In this document: positions 49,301-58,300 of the stretch, piece by piece
Position numbering within the stretch: the stretch's first letter is position 1
Layout of the letters: each line of letters begins with the position of its first letter
Assembly (NCBI GenBank): GCA_016712355.1
Contig: JADJRF010000005.1
Span: 2,255,819 to 2,319,818 of the forward strand
Source of the DNA: Vampirovibrionales bacterium
GTDB taxonomy: Bacteria > Cyanobacteriota > Vampirovibrionia > Vampirovibrionales > Vampirovibrionaceae
Reading direction: 5' to 3'
Length of the DNA stretch: 64,000 bases
Made by a program: the position numbers and the translations under genes
The notes under the pieces: generated by a model
What the model was told of the DNA's origin: nothing
The model's input: only the letters and a program-made list of their open reading frames with translations
Database searches by the model: none

Positions 49301-52300
49301 GACCGCAGATGGCGCGATTTCTTTAACCGGCACAGGCGGGGCTAGCGCAGCAACAGAAAATACAGGCGTAGAGTTCAACTACGGCTCCTTTTCCGCCAGC
49401 GGTTCTGGGGGAATCAGTATCACGGGAACCGGAACCGGGAGCGGCAATAATGCTTATGGCGTCGCGGTTAAAGTTGTTAATACCTTTCAGACCAATACGG
49501 GCGCTATCAGCCTGTCAGGCACTAGCAACGGCACCGGCGCGAATTATAACAATGGCGTCTCTGTTGACGCTTCTACCATCAATACTCTGGGCGGGAATAT
49601 TGCGTTTACCGGGACCGGCAGTAGCACAGCTACGGGAATTGAGAATCATGGCGTTTTTATCAATGCATCGTCTGTCTCTACGACCGGCGCGGGGACGTTG
49701 AGCTTAACCGGGACCGGGGGTAAGGGGACCAATGATAACCATGGGGTCGATATTCGCCAGACGTCCAGCGTGAGTACGGCGTCTGGGGACCTCACCATCG
49801 TGGGGAACGGACTGGCTAGCGCGACGGGCAGTTGGAATCTAGGAGTGCTATTAGGGTATTCTTCTGGTATTTCTTCTCAGAATGGTAACATCAACATCAC
49901 CGCCACCGGGGGCGGCAGCTCCGGCGGCGGCGCGGGTATTGATATGTGGGACCTGTCCACGATTCAAGCCACCGGCACTGGGAACATCTCGATTACCGGA
50001 ACCGCCACCGGCAGCGCCGCAGACTCGTATGGGATCTGGCTCGAAGGCAGCAGCAAGGTGATTGCAGCCTCTGGCAATATTACGCTGACTGGCACGGGCG
50101 GCGGCGCCAATAACGACCTTCGGTTTGAATCGCTCTCTACCGGAACGGGTAATGTGATCGGCGCCAATACCATGACGGGTAATATTACGCTGATTGGCAA
50201 TAGTTACACGTTCTCGGATTTTAAATTCCAGAATAACGGCGGGACGCTGACGTTTAAACCCAGAACCGCCAGCACCAGCATTGGCGTGGCAGGCGGCGCG
50301 GGGGCGCTGAGTTTTACGGACGCCAGCTTCTTTAATTTTATCGATACGGCGACGGTTTCTCCGGGCAAAATTATCCTGGGCGATAAATCGCTGGGCAGCG
50401 GCGCGGTGAATATTAACGCGTATAACTACAGCGCCAAGGCCTATGATATTGATATCGCCGGCGGCAGCGTGACGCTGGCAGGCGCCTTGACCACCGGCGC
50501 CAACGATGCGGGACTCTATGCGCTCAGCGGCAATTTGTTGCTGAATAATACCATCAGCGGAACAGGTAACGTGTTATTACAGGCTTCTGGCACGATTAAC
50601 GACGACGGCGCAACCGATCGCGTGTCGACCTCTGGACTTCTTACGCTGAATGCGGGCGGCAACGTCGGCAATACCTCTACTTTTAATACGTCAGTGGGCT
50701 CGCTCGCAATTAATGGCACAGGAGCCGGCAGCATCAGTATTACCGAAGCGAATGCCATCACCATTAACGCTTCCAGCGCAACGCAAGCCGTCAGCGTGAT
50801 TGCGGGCGGTAATATTACAACCGCCGGCGCCATTACCACCACGGGCAACCTGACGCTTCAAACCACGGCCGGCACGCTGGACGCCGCGGGCGGGAATCTC
50901 ACGTCCTCAGGAGACTTGAGCCTGAGCGCGACCGGGGCTTTAACGCTCGATACAGCCGGGACGAGCAGAACGCATCAGGCGAAAAATATTAATTTAACCG
51001 GCAGCAGCATTACCGTGGCCAACAGCGGTACCGTTGTTGAAGCCACCGGCAGCGGCAGCAATACAACCTTAAGTTACGATGACAATGCGGGTACGGCCGG
51101 CATTTTACCCATCACGCCCGGCGATACCATTAGCGCAACCGGCGGCGCAGGCGGCATTATTAACAGCACCGGCGATCTGGCGAATGCAGGGACGCTTCGC
51201 GCTCTTGGCAAAACCGGCAGCGTCACGGTTAATTATGACAGCAGCAATTTAAACCTGAATAACGTTACGATAACCGTCACCGGCAGCAGCGGATCCATTA
51301 ATTTATCGGGCGACGTATCGGGCAGCGGCAATAACGGCACGCTCACGCAACAAACCGGCGGCTCCACGGTCACCCTCAATACAACCGGCGGATACGGCGT
51401 TTCTGGAAGCAACGTGAATATCACCAGCAGCAATATTATATTCGGCGTTTCGGGCAGCGCCAACTTGAGCGGGAATTTCCATAACGGTATTCTGTCGGGC
51501 TCGTCTGGAAGCAGCTTTTCGCTTACCGACACCGCCAGTGACATTACCACCGGCGCCCTGACCGCCGGGAGCGCCTTGAGCCTGTCCAGCATCACGCACC
51601 TGACCGCAGGCGGCGCGCTGACTTCTACCGGCGCTTTAACGTTAATTGCCGACAGCGACGGCAATAACACCGGCTCCCTCACCAGCAACGGCGTTCTCAC
51701 CAGTAATAATAACGCCATTACCCTCAAAGGCGCACAAGCCGATATAAACGCCAGCGTCAACGCCGGTTCCTCCACCGTCACGCTCACGGCCATGAGCGAT
51801 AAGGAAATTGACGTGGCAGGCGCAACGGATAACGCCGACAGCGGCACGATATTCGACGTTTCCAGCGCGGAATTAGGCAGAATCACTGCCGCGACCGTCA
51901 CCATCGGCGATACGACGACGCCCAATTCGGATACCATCCTGAAAGGCGCGCTGGATCTCTCCGGTTCCGGCGCTGGCAAATTTAATCTTCAACTGCTGAA
52001 TAAGCGCGATGTTATTTTCGACGCCGCCACCGGCATTACCGCTGGCGCCCATACCGTCACCCTTACCGCCAATGACGACGTGACGCTCAACAGCGGCATC
52101 ACCACCAGCAATGGCGCCATTACCCTGACGGCAGACAACGACGGCAGCGGCGCCGGAGCCTTGACGATCAGCGGCAATATCACTTCCGGCAATGCCAATG
52201 TCACGCTCAAAGGCGATCAATTTGACCTCAACAACGCGCTCAACGCCGGAAGCGGCAGCGTCAGCATTACCGCCAGTAATAATATTCGAATAGATGTTGG

Positions 52301-55300
52301 CAATGCGACCGACAATAACGACACGGCAACGCTTTTTGACGTTTCAAACCCGGAACTCAACCGAATCACCGCCGCCAGCGTCACCATCGGCGATACAACC
52401 ACCACCAACAATCAGCTTTACGCCATGGGCGTGCTGAACATGTCCGGCGCCGGCGCCGGTAAATTCGCGCTCACCTTACAGAATATGAATAAAATCAATC
52501 TGCAAAACAATATTACGCTGGGCGGCTATGACTTTACGGCTTATTCCAGCGCCAACAACGTTCAACTGACCGCCGGAAGAGATATCACCAAAAGCGCCGG
52601 CGGCGACGCAACACTCACCCTGAAGGCCGCCGGGAATGTCATTCTGGATTCCACCGTCGGCAACTATAACACTGTCTCTTCCAGCAGCAACAAACTCCAT
52701 GTCGTTATCAACTCCGACAGCGACGCCTCCGGCAGTGGGGCTGTATTTCTGGATTATGTTGATTTCACCACCAATAACGGCAATATCACCATCGGCGGCG
52801 GCGCCGACCCGAGCCTGAGCGCAGCCAGAGGAAACGCAACTTATTATGACGGCGTTTATTTAAATGGCAGCCTGGACACAGGCGCCGGCAATATCTCTGT
52901 CCGAGGGCAAGGCTTCAGTCAGGCCGGAACCGATAACCATTACGGGATCAACCTGAGTGCAGTCATTAGCACTACCACAGGCGATGTCTCCCTGATTGGC
53001 AGCGGAGGCACAGGACGCGACAATCTTTTCGGGATATTTGGCTCTCTTGCGGCCAGCACGCAAAACGGAGACATCACGCTGACGGGTACTGGCGGCAATG
53101 GCACCGGAGGAAACAATAAGGGGATTTATTTATCGGGTTCTCTAACCACGCAAGATGGCATTATGACCATCACGGGGACTTCCGGCATTGGATTAGGAGG
53201 AGATGAGGGAATACATTTGTCTGGACAAACCATCTCTTCATCGACGGGTAATATTTCTCTAGTTGGAAATAGCGTCGGGGCAGGCAGTGGAATTGTAATA
53301 CAGAGTTCAACGATATCGTCTGCTGACGGACTGATTAGCATGGTCGGCACGGGCGGGAGTAATAATCCTAGCGCTGCATATGTAAATGGAATTAGCATCT
53401 ATAACTCTGCACAAGTGTTCACCACTGGCACAGGCAATATCACCCTGACAGGTACGGGCGGACTCGGCACTTTTGATGGCGGCGGCATTTGGGAAAATAA
53501 CGGCGTTGAATTTGATGGTTCAGCCCAGGTTTATACCGCCAGCGGCACGCTCACGATTACAGGCACTGCCATTGACGGCAACTCAGCCGATATCGGCATG
53601 CCATTTCCCAGCGCAACCAGCACAATTGGCGCCAACACGATGACGGGTGATATCGTCATGATTGGCAACAGTTTTGATTTTACTTACGGCCAGATTCGCA
53701 ATAATGGCGGTAATATTATCTTTAAACCGCGAACCGCCAGCACGACTATCGGCATTAACGGCGGCGCAGGCGCATTAAGCTTTACCAACGCCAATTTCTT
53801 TAATTATATTGATACCACCACGGCCTCGCCCAGCAAAATAATTCTCGGCGACAGCGCCGCAGGGACCGGCGCCGTCAACATCGCAACCGGCTGGGATTTC
53901 AGCGGCAAAGCGTACGATATCGACGTGTACGGCGGCAGCATTACCGGAGCCGGAAGCATTACCACCGGAGCCAACAATTTAGGACTTTACGCCCGCACCG
54001 GTGGACTCACCCAGAATGGCGCGATTACCAGCCTTGGCAATTTAATCCTGCAATCCAATGGACTTCTTGACCTCAACGGCAATATTCAAACGACCGGCGG
54101 CAATTTAACGTTAACAGCCAACGGCGGCGGTAATATTACGCTGGACGACGCCGGAAGCGCGCGCACGCACAAAGGGCAAAACGTCACCATTACCGCCACT
54201 GGCGGCGGAACCATCAGCATGTCCAACGCTGGCTCTCTCGTGCAGGCGACCGGAACCGGCATCGGCGCCACTTATGATGATAACGGCGGGACGCCTTATC
54301 TGCCGATTAATCCAGGGGATAGCATCGGCGCCGCAGTGGGAGGCGCAGGCGCACTGACAGTCGACGGAAACTTCTCAAGCGTCGGCACGCTGCGCGCGTC
54401 ATCTGGCAGCGGCGATATTACGATTAATTATAGCAGCAGCGACTTAAACCTCAATAACGTCACAATTGATACCGCAACGGCTGCAAATGGAAGCATTAGC
54501 ATTTTAAACGACCTGCCGTCGGGCGCGGGAGATAATGGCACTATTGACGCTCAAGCCGGGAGCAGCGGCGGCACGGTCACCCTGAACATCACCAATGGGC
54601 ATAATGTTTCAGGAACCAATACCAACATCACGGCCAATAATATTGTTTTCAATGTTGCCGGTAATAGCACGTTGAGCGGAAATTTCCATAATGGAATTTT
54701 GTCAGGCTCCTCGGGCGGCAGCTTCTCACTCACTGATACCGCCTCCAGTCTCAACCTCAACTCCCTCTCCGCCGCTACCAACCTCTCCATCACCGCCGCC
54801 CTCGGACATATCGACGCCGCAAATACCCTCTCCGCCAGTAATATCTCACTCATCACTCAATCCAATGGCGATATCACTCTGCACGACAACCTCACCGCCA
54901 CCAACAACCTCACTCTCACACTCGACGGAACCGGCGTCCTCACCCAGTCCGCAGGCGTCCTCTCCGCGCAAACTCTCTCCCTCGATACCCATACCTCCGT
55001 CGGCTCCGCACTCGACAGGCTCGATACCAATATCTCCAACCTCTCCGCCACTATCCAGGGGCCCGCTCACCACCTCTTCCTCGCCGAAGCCAATAACCTC
55101 TCCATCAACGCTTCTTCCGCCTCCGGAACACTCGATATCACCGCCGCTGGCGATATTACTACCGCCGGCGACATCTCCGCCGATGCCACAACCCTCGCCT
55201 CCTCTGACCCCGATGGCGATATCGCCCTCAATCATAACGTTACGGGCACTACTTCCCTCACCATCACCGCCTCAGGCACTGGCGATATTACCCAGTCCGC

Positions 55301-58300
55301 AGGCGTCCTCAACGCCGGAACCCTTGCGCTGAGCTCGACCTCCGGCGACATCGGAACCGCAGGCAACGCCATCGATTCCAATGCCACCGCAGCCTCTCTC
55401 AATACATCCGGCGACGCCTTCCTCTCTGAGGCCAATAACCTCACCATCAATGCCTCCGCCGTCGGCGGCACTCTTGAAATTTCCGCCGCTGGCGATATCG
55501 CCACCGCTGGCGCCATCTCCGCCGATGCCACAACCCTCGCCTCCTCTGACCCCGATGGCGATATTACACTCAATCATAACGTCACAGGGACTACTTCCCT
55601 CACCATTACTGCCTCAGGCACTGGCGATATTACCCAGTCCGCAGGCGTACTCAACGCCGGAACACTCGCGCTGAGCGCGACCTCCGGCGACATCGGAACC
55701 GCAGGCAACGCCATCGATTCCAATGCCACCGCCGCTTCTCTCAATACCACAGGCGACGCCTTCCTCTCTGAAGCCAGTAACCTCACCCTCAATGCCTCTG
55801 CCGTCGGCGGCACGCTTGAAATTTCCGCCGCTGGCGATATTACCACCGCTGGCGCCATTTCCGCCGACGCCACGACCCTCGCCTCCTCTGACCCCGATGG
55901 CGATATCTCCCTCAATCATAACGTCACAGGCACTACTTCCCTCACCATTACTGCCTCAGGCACTGGCGATATTACCCAGTCCGCAGGCGTCCTCAACGCC
56001 GGAACCCTTGCGCTTTCCTCCACCTCCGGCAACATCGGAACCGCAGGCAACGCCATCGATTCCAATGCCGCCGCAGCCTCCCTCAATACATCCGGCGACG
56101 CCTTCCTCTCTGAGGCCAATAACCTCACCATCAATGCCTCTGCCGTCGGCGGCACGCTTGAAATTTCCGCCGCTGGCGATATTACCACCGCCGGCGCCAT
56201 TTCCGCCGATGCCGCCTCCATCGCCTCCTCTGACCCCGATGGCGATATTACACTCAATCATAACGTCACAGGGACTACTTCCCTCACCATTACTGCCTCA
56301 GGCACTGGCGATATTACCCAGTCCGCGGGAACCATTACAGGCGGACTCCTCACCTTTAACTCAAACGGCGGACTCGGAACCGCTCTCGACAGACTCGATA
56401 TCAATGCCGCCACACTCACACTCAATACCGCCGGCGACCTCTTCCTCAACGAAACCGATAACATTACCCTCAACGCCGCCACCGCCCTCCATACCCTCGA
56501 CCTCGCCGCCGCTGGCAATATCACCCTGCAAGGCAACCTCAACGCCGCCGATACCCTCACCCTCAACTCCGCCACTGGCGATATCCACCTCGATAACGGA
56601 GCCGCGCTCACTCACCAGTCCTCCACCATCTCCTTTACCGCACATAACATCGATATCGCTCACGCCGGCACTCTCGTACACGCCATCGGCAACTCCGGCG
56701 GCGCTTCCTTCGACGACCACGGCGGAACCGCCGTCAACCCCGGCGATACCATTAACGCTCTCGGAGCAGGCGGCACCATCACCATCGATGGCAACTTCGC
56801 CTCCGTCGGAACCCTACAGGCACAAGCCGGCGGCACCGTCTCCATCGACTACCAGAACTCTGACCTCGACCTCTCCAACGTCACCATCAACGCTGGCGGC
56901 GGCGGCGGCGGTACTATCACCTTCCTCAACGACCTCCCCTCAGGCCCAGCCAATAACGGAACCCTCTCCGCCCTCGGCGACTCCGTCAACGTCCTCATTT
57001 CCACCGCCAATAACCACAGCGTCTCCGGAACCGGACTCCTCATTAACGCCACCGGCGGCGTTCAGTTCCATATCGATAACTCCCTCAACCTCTCAGGCAA
57101 CTTCAACCAGGCCGAACTCTCCGGCTACGCCACCAATGGCAGCTTCTCACTCACCGATACCGCCTCCAATCTTAACCTCAACTCCCTCTCCGCCGCTACC
57201 AACCTCTCCATCACCGCCGCCCTCGGACATATCGACGCCGCAAATACCCTCTCCGCCAGTAATATCTCACTCATCACTCAATCCAATGGCGATATCACTC
57301 TGCACGACAACCTCACCGCCACCAACAACCTCACTCTCACACTCGACGGAACCGGCGTCCTCACCCAGTCCGCAGGCGTCCTCTCCGCGCAAACTCTCTC
57401 CCTCGATACCCATACCTCCGTCGGCTCCGCACTCGACAGGCTCGATACCAATATCTCCAACCTCTCCGCCACTATCCAGGGGCCCGCTCACCACCTCTTC
57501 CTCGCCGAAGCCAATAACCTCTCCATCAACGCTTCTTCCGCCTCCGGAACACTCGATATCACCGCCGCTGGCGATATTACTACCGCCGGCGACATCTCCG
57601 CCGATGCCACAACCCTCGCCTCCTCTGACCCCGATGGCGATATCGCCCTCAATCATAACGTTACGGGCACTACTTCCCTCACCATCACCGCCTCAGGCAC
57701 TGGCGATATTACCCAGTCCGCAGGCGTCCTCAACGCCGGAACCCTTGCGCTGAGCTCGACCTCCGGCGACATCGGAACCGCAGGCAACGCCATCGATTCC
57801 AATGCCACCGCAGCCTCTCTCAATACCACAGGCGACGCCTTCCTCTCTGAGGCCAATAACCTCACCATCAATGCCTCTGCCGTCGGCGGCACTCTCCAGA
57901 TCGCCGCCGCTGGCGATATCGCCACCGCTGGCGCCATTTCCGCCGACGCCGCCTCCATCGCCTCCTCTGACCCCGATGGCGATATTACCCTCAATCATAA
58001 CGTCACAGGGACTACTTCCCTTACCATTACTGCCTCAGGCACTGGCGATATTACCCAGTCCGCAGGCGTACTCAACGCCGGAACACTCGCGCTGAGCGCG
58101 ACCTCCGGCGACATCGGAACCGCAGGCAACGCCATCGATTCCAATGCCACCGCAGCTTCTCTCAATACCACAGGCGACGCCTTCCTCTCTGAAGCCAGTA
58201 ACCTCACCCTCAATGCCTCTGCCGTCGGCGGCACGCTTGAAATTTCCGCCGCTGGCGATATTACCACCGCTGGCGCCATCTCCGCCGATACCGCCTCCAT

